Assembly (NCBI GenBank): GCA_010093605.1
Contig: MU004204.1
Coordinates: 18,959 to 82,958, forward strand
Direction: 5' to 3'
Length of the DNA: 64,000 bases
Source of the DNA: Lophium mytilinum
Lineage: Eukaryota
Shown: positions 1 to 13,344 of the stretch, piece after piece
How the letters are laid out: each line of letters begins with the position of its first letter
Numbering within the stretch: position 1 is the first letter of the stretch
Notes under the pieces: model-generated
What the model was told of the DNA's origin: nothing
What the model saw: only the letters and a program-made list of their open reading frames with translations
Databases searched by the model: none
Position numbers and translations under genes: made by a program

Positions 1-2546
1 CTATAATATATTAGATTTAACTAAAGATATAATACTAGAATAATAATAGGCCTTTACTATAAGGGTGGCGAGAATAGAAGTAAAGGAGCGGAATTAGTAG
101 TAGAACCTTATTAACTAATATAAGAAGATATATATACTAATAAAGCGCATTAAGAGTAAAGTATAACTATTTAACTCTAGGTACTTATTCTTACCGCGTT
201 TAATTCTATCTAGCCCCCCTCTTAGAAATACTTTATTAGATATTATAGACAGTATAGATAATTATATAAGGTAGAGAGCTAAAGTATAATATACTAATTA
301 TATTAACTATAGAATAATAAGATTAATAATATAGAGCCCCTTACTAATAATAACTTATACTACTTAGCTCTAATTTATAGAGAGGCTAAGGAGAGTATTA
401 AGATAAAGAACTACTAGAAGTAGTGCCCTCTTAATCTTTTATTTATATAATTTAGGCAGCGGTTCTATATAAAGAAAAATAAATATAGCTAGTATAAAAA
501 TAATACTATAATTATATCTAATAAGGACTAATATTAAAAGTTTATAGCTGCCTGTATTAAGGTATAGAATTCTAGAAAAGAAAGTCTATAGCTAGTTATT
601 AAGTTGCTTAAGAGTATTAGGGATAAGAAATAGTAGTATAGAATTAGTAAATAGGGTATAAGTAGGCTCTATCTTATACTTAGTATTATCTTTCTATTTT
701 ATAATATATATACTATAATTAGATGTATTCTAAATTACTATATAGTCTACTATTTAACGCGCAATATATATATTATATACTATTCCCTAGCCTAGATATC
801 TAGCATACGCGTTGCTAGCTTTAATAGTCTACTAGAATATTAAAATTATTAAGATTAGTAATAGTTATATAATTCTTAGAAATATATATAGGTATTACTA
901 TTTATATAACGCGTAAAGTCTATAATATATATAAAATTACTATAGACTATAAAGCTCTAGTAGAGATAGTAAGAAGAGATAACTAAATATACTAGTATAA
1001 CTTTAAATTTTCTACTATATATAATAATTATATATTTAGTATATAAGGCCCTATCTATATTATTATCTAACTATCTATAACCTAGGCGGATTAGATAGTT
1101 TTAGAAGGTTAGATAGAAAAGATAGATAGCTATATTTATAAAGACTATAAAGTAGTTATTAACTATAATAATTACCTATAATGCTAGATTATCTATAATT
1201 AAGAATTATCCGCGCAGCCTACGCGCAAATTTTATATAAGAAGTAGATAAACTTTTATAGAGTAGTATAAAGCCTATAGAGTAGTAAAATATATAGTCTT
1301 CTAGAAGGTTATATAAGTAACTAGTATTCTCTATATATTTCTTAATTTAGAAATTTCTAATAAGGGTATGTATTATTATTAACTTTATCTAACTATATAG
1401 CAGGAGTCCTTATAAAAACTTTAAGTAGCGCTATTAGATAAGGTTCTTTTATAGCTAATATTTTTTTAAAGGCTTATTAGAGCTCTTATATAGTTTATTT
1501 TAATAGAGTCTTATTATAGTCTAGTATTAAATAATCTAAAAAAGCGTTAAATAATAGATTCTAGAAGTTAGTAGTACTCTAAGAAGTAGGCTACTACTAG
1601 GGGTTATCTAATATATTCTTAATATAGGTATAGTAATTAGAAACTATAGCTTATAGCTATTTTAGTATAGTAGCCTACTACTATTATATAGAAGAAGCTA
1701 ATATAAAACTAAAGAATTATAGTCTCTAGTAATCTATTATATACTCTATTATAGGGGCTTAAAAGTATTAATAGCTATTTAAAGAAGGCGTAAATAATAG
1801 CTCTTAATAGATAAGCTCTAGATTATAGGCTAGAGTACTACTATAAATAATTAGAAGACCTTAAACTAGTAGCTTAATAGGTTCTAGAGTAGTAGCCTAT
1901 TTAGCTTATAAGGCTAATATTAGATTAAATAGATTAAAAGATATAGTACTAAACTAAGAGAGCCTTTAGAAGAGTTTTTAAAGGTTAAAAAATAGTTTAT
2001 TAGAATAATAATATCTATTACTAGGTATAAAAGAAAGCTAAGGGTTATAGAATATCTAAAAATAAGAAAGAGTAGAAAAGAGTTAATAACTATAATATAA
2101 TTAAAGTAAAGAGTAAGAAAAGAATTCTAAGATAGTAATATTAAGTTTCTTTCTTAAATGCTTTTTAATATTCTATTAGAGAGGGAGGATTCTTAGAAGA
2201 ACTCCTCTACCTTCTTCTTATAATTAACTTATAAGGATTTCTAATTACTATATAATTATTAGGCTCTATTAAGCTATAGTATTATTTATCTTACCGTTCT
2301 ACTATTAATCTTACTTTAGTAGCTAATAGAACGCGTAGTTAGTTGCATAGAAGTATTAAAAGGGATAGAAAAATTCTATAGTAATATTCTAGCTAAGGGC
2401 TCTTTAGATCTATACTATTTAATTTTTATAAGAATATTTATAATAGGTAGTTATACTATAACGCCGGCCTAATACTAATTAGAGGCTATTATTAATAGTT
2501 ATTATTAATTACTAATTAGATTAATTTTTAGAAACTATTAATATAG
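1..2546. mobile_element. Unclassified RIP-degraded repeat, probably a transposon relic
   Basis: RIP composition throughout; I could not recover a diagnostic motif in the frames I read. The end near 2,468-2,520 has cctaatactaattaga / attactaattaga, similar to the internal motifs of the 11.4-12.0 kb inverted-repeat element. Confidence 0.5.
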
Positions 2547-3146
2547 NNNNNNNNNNNNNNNNNNNNNNNNNNNNNNNNNNNNNNNNNNNNNNNNNNNNNN
2601 NNNNNNNNNNNNNNNNNNNNNNNNNNNNNNNNNNNNNNNNNNNNNNNNNNNNNNNNNNNNNNNNNNNNNNNNNNNNNNNNNNNNNNNNNNNNNNNNNNNN
2701 NNNNNNNNNNNNNNNNNNNNNNNNNNNNNNNNNNNNNNNNNNNNNNNNNNNNNNNNNNNNNNNNNNNNNNNNNNNNNNNNNNNNNNNNNNNNNNNNNNNN
2801 NNNNNNNNNNNNNNNNNNNNNNNNNNNNNNNNNNNNNNNNNNNNNNNNNNNNNNNNNNNNNNNNNNNNNNNNNNNNNNNNNNNNNNNNNNNNNNNNNNNN
2901 NNNNNNNNNNNNNNNNNNNNNNNNNNNNNNNNNNNNNNNNNNNNNNNNNNNNNNNNNNNNNNNNNNNNNNNNNNNNNNNNNNNNNNNNNNNNNNNNNNNN
3001 NNNNNNNNNNNNNNNNNNNNNNNNNNNNNNNNNNNNNNNNNNNNNNNNNNNNNNNNNNNNNNNNNNNNNNNNNNNNNNNNNNNNNNNNNNNNNNNNNNNN
3101 NNNNNNNNNNNNNNNNNNNNNNNNNNNNNNNNNNNNNNNNNNNNNN
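2547..3146. other. Assembly gap (600 N)
   Basis: Run of N. Confidence 1.
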
Positions 3147-3859
3147 ATATATCTAATACTATTTAAACTAACCTCTATATATCTTTTAAGCTTACTAAAT
3201 TATCTTAGAAAGCTACTAGAAGTTTAGGTAAGTATTAGCACCTATATATACTGCTAGTAGTTACTAGTACTAGTAGTAAGCTTCTATATACTTAAGGACT
3301 AAAACTTTCTAGTTAAGTAAGAAGTAAAGATATAGAATATAACCTAATTCTATTAGAATAGAATCTTAGGCTTAGTACTACTTATTATAGAGGTACTAAT
3401 ATAGAGATCTATCTATCTATAGCATATAGTAATATAATAAGAGAATTAAGCCTAAACCTATAATAATAACTTATATAAGTATTATAAGTCTCTATTTCTA
3501 TACTATTCTAGGGGTAAAATAGATGTAGTAAGTATTTAAGTAGTCTTAGATTATAACTAGTATTATAATATAACTTGCCTCTTTTCCTATAAAACTCTAT
3601 AGTAGTCTCTAAGGTAGTATACTATTATAAATACCTATTATATTACTATAGATACTTTTTATAGGCTATTACTAATATCTATATATATAAGTAAAGATAT
3701 TCTAGCGTAATTTAACTATAACTTATAGGCTAAGCTACCTTAAGATAAGAAATTCCTATAAGTTCCGGTAGTATTATAAGGAGTAATAGTAGTATATCTA
3801 ATAATACTTATACTAGCTATTTAAAATCTTAGAGGTATACTAAATAACTATATAATATT

Positions 3860-4842
3860 TTAGAAACTTTAAATTATTACTTATAGTTCTTACTATCTAC
3901 TTCCGGCTCTACTAAGTTTATATAGTAGACTATTAGGGTATATATAGCTATAATATTAGACCTAATACTACTTAAACTTACTATTTAACCCTCTAGAGGT
4001 ATAATTAATTACTATATAGCTTTTATATAGTTCTAGATTATTATTTATAGTTCTTAAGATATACTTTCTATAATACTAAATTTATATAGTAGATTACTAA
4101 AGTACTTATAGCTATAAGTTAGTACTTATTACTATATATATAAAATATCTAGTATTATAGAGGTATAAATAAGCGCTATAGAGTCTTTTAGTAGATTAAA
4201 ATTATTACTTATAGTTTTTATAGTCTATTCCCGGCTCTACTAAATTTATATAGTAGACTATTAGAATATATAGAGGTATTAAAATAAGTTTATTACTATA
4301 TATATTAACTATTAAGTATCTTTAATATATATTTAGGTGCCCTATAATATTTAAGCACGTTAAGATTATTACTTATAGTATCTATATACTACTATAGGCT
4401 TCTACTAAAGTTTTATAGTAGTAGCCTTTACTATATTATACTATAGTAAAAATATATTAGTTCTTACTTAAAATTATAAGGGACTATCTTCTAGATATAA
4501 AGATCTACCCTAGAAAGTCTAAGCTAGTTTTACTTAGAACTATTAGTGCTTATAGCCTACTTTCTACTATACTAAATTTATATAGGCGAGCTTTAGTAGT
4601 AGATATAGTTCTATATTTATAATAGTAATAGAGTATCTCTTAAATATAATAACTTACTATAGAAAGTCTAGATAGGTTCTACTTAGAACTAGTAGTGCTT
4701 ATAGCCTACTTCTAACTATACTAAATTTATATAGATAAACTCTAGTAATTAATATAGCTATATAATTATATTTATACTTACTTATAATAGTAATAGTATA
4801 TTTCTTAAATATAATAAATATAGTTATATACCGCTACTAAAT
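3860..4842 (-). repeat. Degenerate tandem array, ~165-bp period, probably a RIP-mutated repeat-domain ORF
   Basis: Variants of 'ctactaaatttatatagtag' at ~3,909, 4,073, 4,237, 4,402, 4,568 and 4,717, and 'attattacttatagtt' variants at ~3,873, 4,038, 4,201 and 4,366. The motif resumes after the LINE at ~11,099 (ctactaaattta). Confidence 0.65.
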
Positions 4843-5012
4843 ATTTACGCTAAAAATATAATATAATTAAATTTGCAGCACCTTAGAAATACAACCTAAG
4901 AAGGGCCTCTAGGGGCTACTTAAGGCTCTATAAACGTTCGCACGCAGTATTAGAGCTCTATAAGCTGTGCTAGCAGCATTACAGTAGAATTATATATTGC
5001 AACCCCTATTAT

Positions 5013-6735
5013 ATAGCATTATTAATAATAATAATAATAATACTAATACTACTAATAATACTAATAATAACCCTAAAACTAAACCTACTAACTAAAGACT
5101 AAGTAAAACGTCTACGCTAACGTCTAAGTACTTATTAAAGAAGCCTATAGTATATAGAACTCCCTATAGAATAAGCCTATATCCTCTAACTCTAAGATAA
5201 ATAACGCCCTTAAGCACCTCTAGAACTTCGCCGGGCGCGTACTAGCTAGCCTCTCGGGTACTGCGGAGGACCTATAATAAACGCTATAGAGAAAGATAAT
5301 AAAGATAATAGAAAAAATATAGAAGGGCGTATAGGCGCTATCTATATAAGAAACAACCTATATAGCAGTAATAGCAGTAGAAAGAAATAGTAAGACTGCA
5401 GAAAATAGGGAGTATATAATATAGACTACCTATAAAATTACTATATATATTAAGGATAAGAAGAAACGCGCTATAATAAATAAGAACTTAAACGTAACTA
5501 TTACCTATAAGCTCTAAGTAGTAGAAGAGCCTAATATAATAAAGATCTACGGCGTTAGAAAGCTCTAGAGCGGAGATATAAAGGCCTATATACTAGACGC
5601 AACTACTAAGAAAGCCCTATTAAAGAAGAAGAAATAAATAAAGGTTCTAGGTAAAATAGTATAAATCTAACTACCTAAAGTCCTTCTAGAGGTATATAGA
5701 GTACCTAAAGAGATAGATCTAGAGAACCTAATACTATAAAGTAGTATTATATAAGATAATAAGGTACTATATCTAGGCCTAGCTATATATAAGATTATAT
5801 AGAAGCACCTAAATTAAATCTAGGCTATTAGAAATAACCCTAAACAGCGCGCCTCATCAGCTATAGTTACTATAGGTATAGAGGTAATAGTAAATAAGAT
5901 TATAGATAGCGGGCTAGCATAGAATAGATATATACTAGAGGCTATAAAGTATAAGGTAGGCTTTATAGCTACCTAATGCTTCTAATACTAGGGCTATAGG
6001 CATATTACTAGATACTATAAGAAGAAGGCGGTATACGCGGCATGCGCAGAAGCTTATAATATAAGATAATACATAGAGGAGAGTATTAGAAAGTATACTA
6101 ACTATAAGAGAAGCTACCTATTATATAGTGCGGCGTGCACTATAAGGAAGAATACTTAACTAAAAGCTAATATAAAGAGGTAGGCAGCACTAACCTACTA
6201 TAGGGCTAATAATAGCCCTAATAATAATACTAATAACACGCCGGGTATAGTAATATTCTAATCTATAATAGAATTATAAGCTCTTAACGCGGCGAGTAGA
6301 AAGAGGAAGGCTACTAAAAATAGTAATATACTAGACGGCAGCACTCTAAGAAGAGTAGAACGCCCCTCTATATCTACTATATTTACCGCGTATAAGAACC
6401 TAAAATAACTAAAGATAAATAGAGTACTATAGTCTACCTATACTATATAGACTACTTAATTAATATATACTTTCTATTTAATATAGTAGCCTAACTATAA
6501 TAACCTGCAGCCTTACTATAATAGCCCGCAGCCTTTCTATAGAACCCCGCAGCCTACCTATAAAATACTATACTACTCTTAGATAATAATCTATAGTAAT
6601 AACGCTAGACTATTATAATTTAATATAACTTAGGTACTATCTACCTAGGAAGAAGAGGTAGTAAGCTATTAGCTCTATACTAAGGCTAGCCGGGCTATAA
6701 TAAATAACCCCGAAGACTCTATAGATACCTAATAT
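5013..6735 (+). pseudogene. LINE ORF1 (gag-like, three zinc knuckles), RIP-disrupted
   Basis: Reverting RIP changes at ~5,972-6,140 gives TQCFQCQGYGHIARYCKKKAVCAACAEAH...KCANCKGSHPSYSAAC, the knuckle series typical of Tad1/Jockey-type ORF1. Confidence 0.85.
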
Positions 6736-6739
6736 TAGG

Positions 6740-9700
6740 GTAACCTAATATACTTACTATTATATAGTATAATATTAATAAGAGCTAAGAGACCTAAAGG
6801 GAGTTTCTTAAGAAGGTAGAGGCGGCCTAGCTTTAGCTATTAGTACTAGCTATATAAGAACTATAGAAGAATACCTAGAAATATATCTTACTATATATAA
6901 AATTATACTATCTACTATATAGAGAAAGTCTAAAAGCTAGAATATATATATATATTAATAAGTGCCTAAATCTAGGCTAATAGACTATAGAGTACTACTT
7001 ACTAGACCTTATTACCCTCTTCCTCTAGGCTAGAGAAGAGGATATTTAAATTTATAATATCTATAATCTAAAGCTATATAGAATTATAGCTATGCTACCC
7101 TCTATACTATATAAGAAGGTAGAGTATATACTTATAGGTAATATAAACCTATACTACCTATTCTAGAGAGAAATATAGGTAATTAGTATAGAAGAGTAAG
7201 CTAAGAAGCTTATTTATATTATAATAGAAGCAGGCCTAACTCTAGCTATAGAGGAGGGCATAGAAATATAGGTAAGAGAAATGTAGTAGACTATAATTAA
7301 CCTTATATTTATATTTAAATAGCTAATAGAATATATAATATTCTACATAGTTTAAGAGGAGTAGAACTATTACTTAGACCACCGCCCTATATATATAGAA
7401 TTTAATATTATACTACTACTAGCAACTAAATAGCCCCTACGCCGGCTATAGAAGAATATTATATAGAAGGATATATAGAAGTACCTTATAGCCTAGCTAG
7501 TTAAGCTAGAAAACTAGAATAACCCTCTAGATAATAAAGAAGAAGAAGACCTAGATAACTTTATATATATTCTCTACTAACTTATTAAAATTACTATTAA
7601 TGCTATAGTACTAATAGTACAGCCCTTACAGCACGCATTACTATTCTAGACTAAGGAGTGCTTAGAGAAGGTGTATAAAACTAGGCGGGTATATAGAATA
7701 TAGCGCTTATTATACTCTATAGAGGACTAGATATTATACTAGGTCTAGTATAACTATAAGAAAAGAGCTATATAGAAAGAAAGTACTAAGGTATAGCGCT
7801 ATATAGTAGAGAAGGTAATAAATAACTCTAAAGAGGCATAGAAACTAGCTAAATAGAGCTGTATAGTTAGAAAGGAATTAAGGCCCCCTTCTTAATTTTT
7901 CTCCCTCTCCTAGCTAGGTAACTCTACCCTGCATGTAGATAATAAGATAAAAGCATATATACTTACTAAATAGTTCTTTCTACTACTAGTAGAAGCTAAC
8001 CTATCTAACCTAGAAGGGTTCTAATACCTAGAACTATATACTACCTCTATAGAAGTTACTATAGAAGATATACTCTTAGCACTAATAAAAATTGCGCTAG
8101 ATAAGGCCTCTAGAATTATAGGAATTATAAATAGATTTCTAAAGAAGTGCAAGATACAACTAGTACTAGTACTTATCTACTTCTTTATAAAGTGCCTATA
8201 TAGAGGACACTACCCCCGCCTATTTAAAGAATTAATTATAGTAGTTCTATATAAACCCTAGAAAGCATTCTATATAATAGTAAAAACCTATAGGCCTATT
8301 ACGCTACTAGAAATAATAGGTAAGCTATTTAAATGCATTATAGCTAAAAGGCTCTTTAAGATAGTAGAGGAAAAGGGCATGCTACTGCCTAGCTAAATAG
8401 GGGCATAGCCGGAATACTCTATATAGATAGCACTTAAACTCCTTATAGAATAAATCTATACTATATAGAAAGGAAACCTATAGCTTATAGTATTACTTCT
8501 TAGCCTAAATATATTAAAAGCGTTTAATTAAGTCTTATATAAATAAATAATATATAACCTATAGGTCTAGAGTATACTAGAGTAGATAATAAGGTTTACT
8601 AGATTCTTTCTATAAGACTGCATAACTAGGCTCTCTATAGAAAGCTATATAGTAGAACTAATTATAGTTACTATAGGTATTCTATAGGGCTCCTCTCTAT
8701 TACCTATTCTTTTCCTCTTCTTTACTAGTATACTACTACTAACTCTTTAGAATAGTAATATAACAGCCTATAGATTTATAGATAATATAAATATTCTTAT
8801 ATATAGTAGAACTATAGAGGCAAACTATAGAGCTATTAAGAGAGCCTATAATAGATGCATAGAATAGGTAAGAAAGTATAGTATAGTATTTATACTAGAT
8901 AAATATTACCTAATATACTTTATAAGAGCCTATAAAGAAGTTAACCTAAGAGCTATAGTTAATATATAAGGCTTTACGGAGGGCCCTATAATAGACCTAA
9001 GAGTACTAGAGGTGCAGGTAGACTTAAAGCTTAAATAGGGCCCGCATATTAGTATTATAAAGAATAAAGCTATAACCTAGATAGAGGTACTTACGCGGCT
9101 TATAGTATCTACCTAGGGCGCTAGCTTTAGAAAAGCACGCCTAATATACTTAGTAGTAGTCCGGCCTGCTATTATATATAGATATACTACCTAGTATACT
9201 ATACTAGGCATGCTAGAGTAGCTTAGTAAGATAAAGATTAAGTAGCTTAAAATAACCTAGAACTAATACCTTTAGAGAATCTTAGGGGCCTATAAAACTA
9301 TAAGCACTATAGTACTAGAATATAAAATATTATACCTACTACTCTAGCTAAAACTAGAGAAACTTATAGTAGCTTACGCGGACTATACGCGTAAAGGGCT
9401 AGCACGCTAGTATATTAAAATAGTATATAGTAATATATAATAGGAAATCTATACCTACTATAGGCTACTTATAAGGCTAAAGTATAGCTCTAGCTATTAT
9501 AATATACTCTATAACCTTGCAGTAAAGGCTATAAGGTTATGCACTAGATATAAAGATAAATTAGATAAAGCCTATAAGCGCTTAAGGCGATTTATAATTA
9601 AATATAAATATAAAGAAAGGTAGAAGAAGGTATAGAAGTTCTTTTATAAAATAGAATAGCGCGGGCTACTAACGCTAGCCCTTAATACTAAATAGAGTAA

Positions 9701-10050
9701 ATAATAGGAAACTATATATAAAGGGCTTATAAAGGTTAAAAGTACTATTCTTATAAATCTATAAATAGAGTATATAGAGCTTAATAGATACCTGCACTAT
9801 ATATAAATGCTAGGCTACCTAATACTAGCCTACCCCTGCGGGCACGGCCTCTAATTGCTACGCTATATAGTAATAAACTATAAGAGGCATATAGAGGGTA
9901 GAGGTAAACTATTTAAGAAAGTAAAGACTTAGATATATAAGAAAATATATAAAAGTAAAAAGGGACCTAAGGTAGTAGCTAGATAGTTTCTATAGAAAAT
10001 AAACCTGCTACTCTACCTCTTAATAGTAAGAGAGATAGAAAGAGAGTAGA
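6740..10050 (+). pseudogene. LINE ORF2 (AP endonuclease, reverse transcriptase, C-terminal zinc finger), RIP-disrupted
   Basis: De-RIPed motifs: IQYNINKS (~6,760), LAIQEPW (~6,846), GDxNLHHPFW (~7,137), SDHRPI (~7,374), YRPIALLETIGK (~8,289), SLDISKAFD (~8,502), GIPQGSPLSPILF (~8,676), FVDD (~8,775), LGVQVDSKLKW (~9,006), CPCG...H...C (~9,831-9,880). Confidence 0.9.
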
Positions 10051-10073
10051 CCTAGCCCTTCTACTTAATACTA

Positions 10074-10235
10074 TAGCCCTACTATTACCTATAGCCTTAC
10101 TATAACTAATAGCCTTACTATAACTAATAGCCTTACTATTACTAATAGCCTTACTATTATCTATAGCCTTACTATTACCTATAGCCTTACTATTACCTAC
10201 AGCCTTACTATTACCTACAGCCTTACTATTACCCC
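10074..10235 (+). repeat. 18-bp minisatellite, 9 copies, in the LINE 3' UTR
   Basis: Nine consecutive units with consensus tagccttactattaccta. Confidence 0.9.
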
Positions 10236-11380
10236 TAACTATACTATAGCGGGCCTTAGCGCCCCCTCTTAACTAGTACTTAGTATAGATAGTTAGCTTT
10301 AGGTCTCTACTATATACCCTATAATATATACTTTCTATATACTTTCTATCTCTTATAGCCCTTCTATTTCTAAATAGCCTACCTACTTTATAATAGTATA
10401 TACACGCGGCTCCCTTTCTCCCGCTATTAGTTAGTTATACTATAAGGGCTTATACTTACTATAAGTAGCTATATACTTCCTAATTATAGACTATAAACTA
10501 TATACTCTATACTCTTAGCCCTTCTATAGCTATTAGCTATACTATAGAGGCTTATATATACTACTATAGCTATAAACCCTATATAGCTACTTATAGCCCT
10601 TCTACTCTTATAGCCTACCTATAAACTATATACTTTCTATATACCTCTACTATATACTATCTATACACCGCGCAGCCTTTCTATTTCTAATAGCCTATAC
10701 GGCTACTATTTATTTTACCTTATTACCTTAGATAAAGGCCCTATAAGTATACTACTTATATATAGGCCCTTATGCTAATTCTATACTAGCCTCGCATCTA
10801 GATTCTACTCGGCCTAAACCTAGAAGGACAATAATAAACCTTTCTAGATAGATATAGAAAGACGCATCTTAATAGCTTATTCTATAGTAGTTCTTATAGA
10901 CCTACTATATATCCCCTATAGTAAAATATAAAGGAGAAGGGCGCCTAACGCTAGATATAATAGAGGATAAGGTTTTTACCTAAATACTGCCCGGTAGTAA
11001 ACGGTTTCCCCTTATAAATTAGCCTAGATAGAATAGCTATATAGACCCTAACGGGAGCTACACTAGCGTAATAGAATTTAATAATAATAATAATACTGCT
11101 ACTAAATTTAAAGAGTTAAAACTTAAAATATATAGTATTAATTATCTTAAGAGTTCTTTAGAGACGCTAGAAGGTCTTACTAATATTCTATTAGAGGCTA
11201 AAGTAAGATAGCTTTAAGACTAAAAATATTACTAAGCTTTATACTACCCTTTATTTTATTATTAATACTAGCTAATTAATTTAGTATTTTAATAGTATTT
11301 AGAATAAAGAGTATATAGAGTATTTTAAGAGTTTCTTAGTATTTAAAGAACTACGCTACGCGTTTTTCTAGTAACTAATA

Positions 11381-11970
11381 TGCACCCCCCTAAATACTAA
11401 TTAAGAATTATTATTAATTTTTACTAATTATTAGTAATCGGGAACTAAATTAACTAATTATTTTAATATTAGCTAATACTTAATTATTAGGCTAATTAGA
11501 CCGGTCGCTTAATAGGGAGGCAGCTATTTAATTACTAAATAGAGTTATATAAGCTAAGAATTACTAATAATTAAGGTTATATACGCCCCTAATTACTAAT
11601 TAGAAGAAAATATAAGCTAATTACTAAAATTTTAAGGCTATATAACCCCCTAATTACTAATTAGAGAGTAGTATAAGTAGGCCCCTAATTACTAATTAAA
11701 AGAGGATATAAGATAGTCCCTATTTAGTAATTAAAAGAGAGATATCTAAGATATAGTAGAAATTTAGAAGGTAAACCCGGGGGTTATATATAAAAATATA
11801 CTATTCTAATTAGTAATTAAGGGGCTTATACTACCCCCTATTAAGTAACTAGTCTAATTAGCCTAATAATTAAGTATTAGCTAATGTTAGAATAATTAGT
11901 TAATTTCATTCCCAATTGCTAATAATTAGCGAAAATTAGTAATATTCTTCGATTAGTGTTTAGGGGCGCA
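11381..11970. mobile_element. Non-autonomous inverted-repeat element (MITE-like), ~590 bp with ~140-bp TIRs
   Basis: 11,381-11,523 is the reverse complement of 11,831-11,970, differing mostly by C>T/G>A. Internal repeats cccctaattactaatta at ~11,586, 11,647 and 11,682, with an inverted copy at ~11,806-11,825. No TSD found. Confidence 0.8.
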
Positions 11971-13344
11971 CAGATGCCTTTTTAGAGGAAACAACGGTTT
12001 AATCGACATGCAGCTAAAAGATGCTTTGACAGGGTAGGGCTAGACATTGAGACAACTGAAAAAGAGCAGTGAAATACTGCACCCGTCGGGTATGCGCGAC
12101 TTAGACAGGCCACACTTTCTAATGGCTTCTATGCTCCATATACCAGGAAGTCAGACATTAGGATAGATGTCTCTAACGAAAGGCTTCAAGGCGTAATGCC
12201 CAACGCCTAGCGTCACTCAAACTACTGCATTGGATGCTCACATGAACAAAGTTCGCGCGCATCTTCAATCCCGCTGAGCCAGGACTGCTCTCCGAGGATT
12301 TGGGGTCCGCTTAGATGCAAGCTTCTTTCACCGGGTCGGTCATCTAACATCTGTGCTTTTCGTGATGCGAGTTGACCTTTGCATTGGTGTAACAGCCAAG
12401 CCAAATCGGGGAAGAGCGGTTTACATAATCCGCGCCACGGTAATCCCAACGTCTCCTCTATCCTTTCGCTTTGTACATAGCCAGTACACAACAAAACCCA
12501 TAAAACTTATTAAGAGAAGGTGTAGTAAGAAATAGGTGCGCTTTCTGAGCCTATTGATGCCGTTTTCGAGACGAAACACTCGTTTTGGTGTAACATTTTT
12601 CTCAACACCAAGACCTGCTCCTCGGTTTCAATGCCAGGTAAATGTCCGCCCCTAAATTAGAGCACTCGAGATTGTAGCAGAAGATTTCGTATCTCAAATG
12701 CTGGTTAGCTCTGAGTCAAGCCTTTTCGCCCGTCATTCAGGTGGTTCATTCCCTAGATTCCTGTGGTGAGGTATCGCTGTGTCCAAGGGCAGGTAAGGGG
12801 AGGACCGCGTCCCAGAGCTCTACATTACTTCCAGTAAACCGCGGAAACTTCTTAGCGATAGAGGAGCTGTAAAGCCGGCGTGCAATGCTCACTGGTTCTG
12901 CTTTCCGATGTTTGCCTGGTGCTGCTGTCAGTTTCCATCATCACGTACCCGTTTTTTGGCAAATCTTGTAGTTAAAAATGTTCTTGCGGTAACTCAAAGC
13001 GGTGAAATACTGGAATAAAGATGCTAGCTCGTCATGGTTGAGATTTGTAGAGGTGCGAAGGTGGCGGCGCGCAGCATCGTGGAAGTCTTGGCGAAGCCGC
13101 AATCAACCTCAAGATCAGATTAGCATGTCGGATCATCGGGCGCCGTTCCGAGTGGCTAAGCGAGCTCACAAAAGCTCTCCCCGACTTCTCAAGTCTCCCA
13201 TTTCTCTCCGCACCCTTTACAAATTTCGCTCGCGTACAACGATAGCATCATTGACTGCTAGCAAAACCCCTTGTCAAAGAGTACACGGTCTGCAAACCCA
13301 ACCTTCTTCGATTCCTACCCCGGCGCCGACACAACTTCGCCGCG

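Larger units (their letters stand above)
4843..11094 (+). mobile_element. Full-length Tad1-clade LINE (non-LTR retrotransposon), RIP-inactivated
   Basis: ORF1 and ORF2 relics in the expected order, a ~1-kb 3' UTR and a (TAA)n tail at ~11,079-11,094. Flanking 15-bp direct repeat ataccgctactaaat (4,828-4,842) vs atactgctactaaat (11,093-11,107), 14/15 identical. Confidence 0.92.
1..11970. repeat. AT-rich, RIP-mutated repeat compartment (transposon relics)
   Basis: Very high AT, TpA excess and near-absence of CpA/TpG. No ORF in the supplied track before 12,222. Relic coding frames carry TAA/TAG where CAA/CAG/TGG are expected. Composition switches abruptly to ~50% GC at ~11,970. Confidence 0.95.

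Noticed and set aside
3860..4842. Repeat-spacer pattern suggesting a CRISPR array
   Set aside because: Eukaryotic RIP DNA, degenerate repeats, related spacers and no cas genes.
5023..5070. (AAT)n run resembling a LINE tail or microsatellite
   Set aside because: It lies in frame at the ORF1 start and is better read as RIP-mutated ACA/CCA (Thr/Pro) codons.
5067..5090. taaccctaaaactaaaccta, telomere-like
   Set aside because: Only one true TAACCC unit, inside LINE ORF1.
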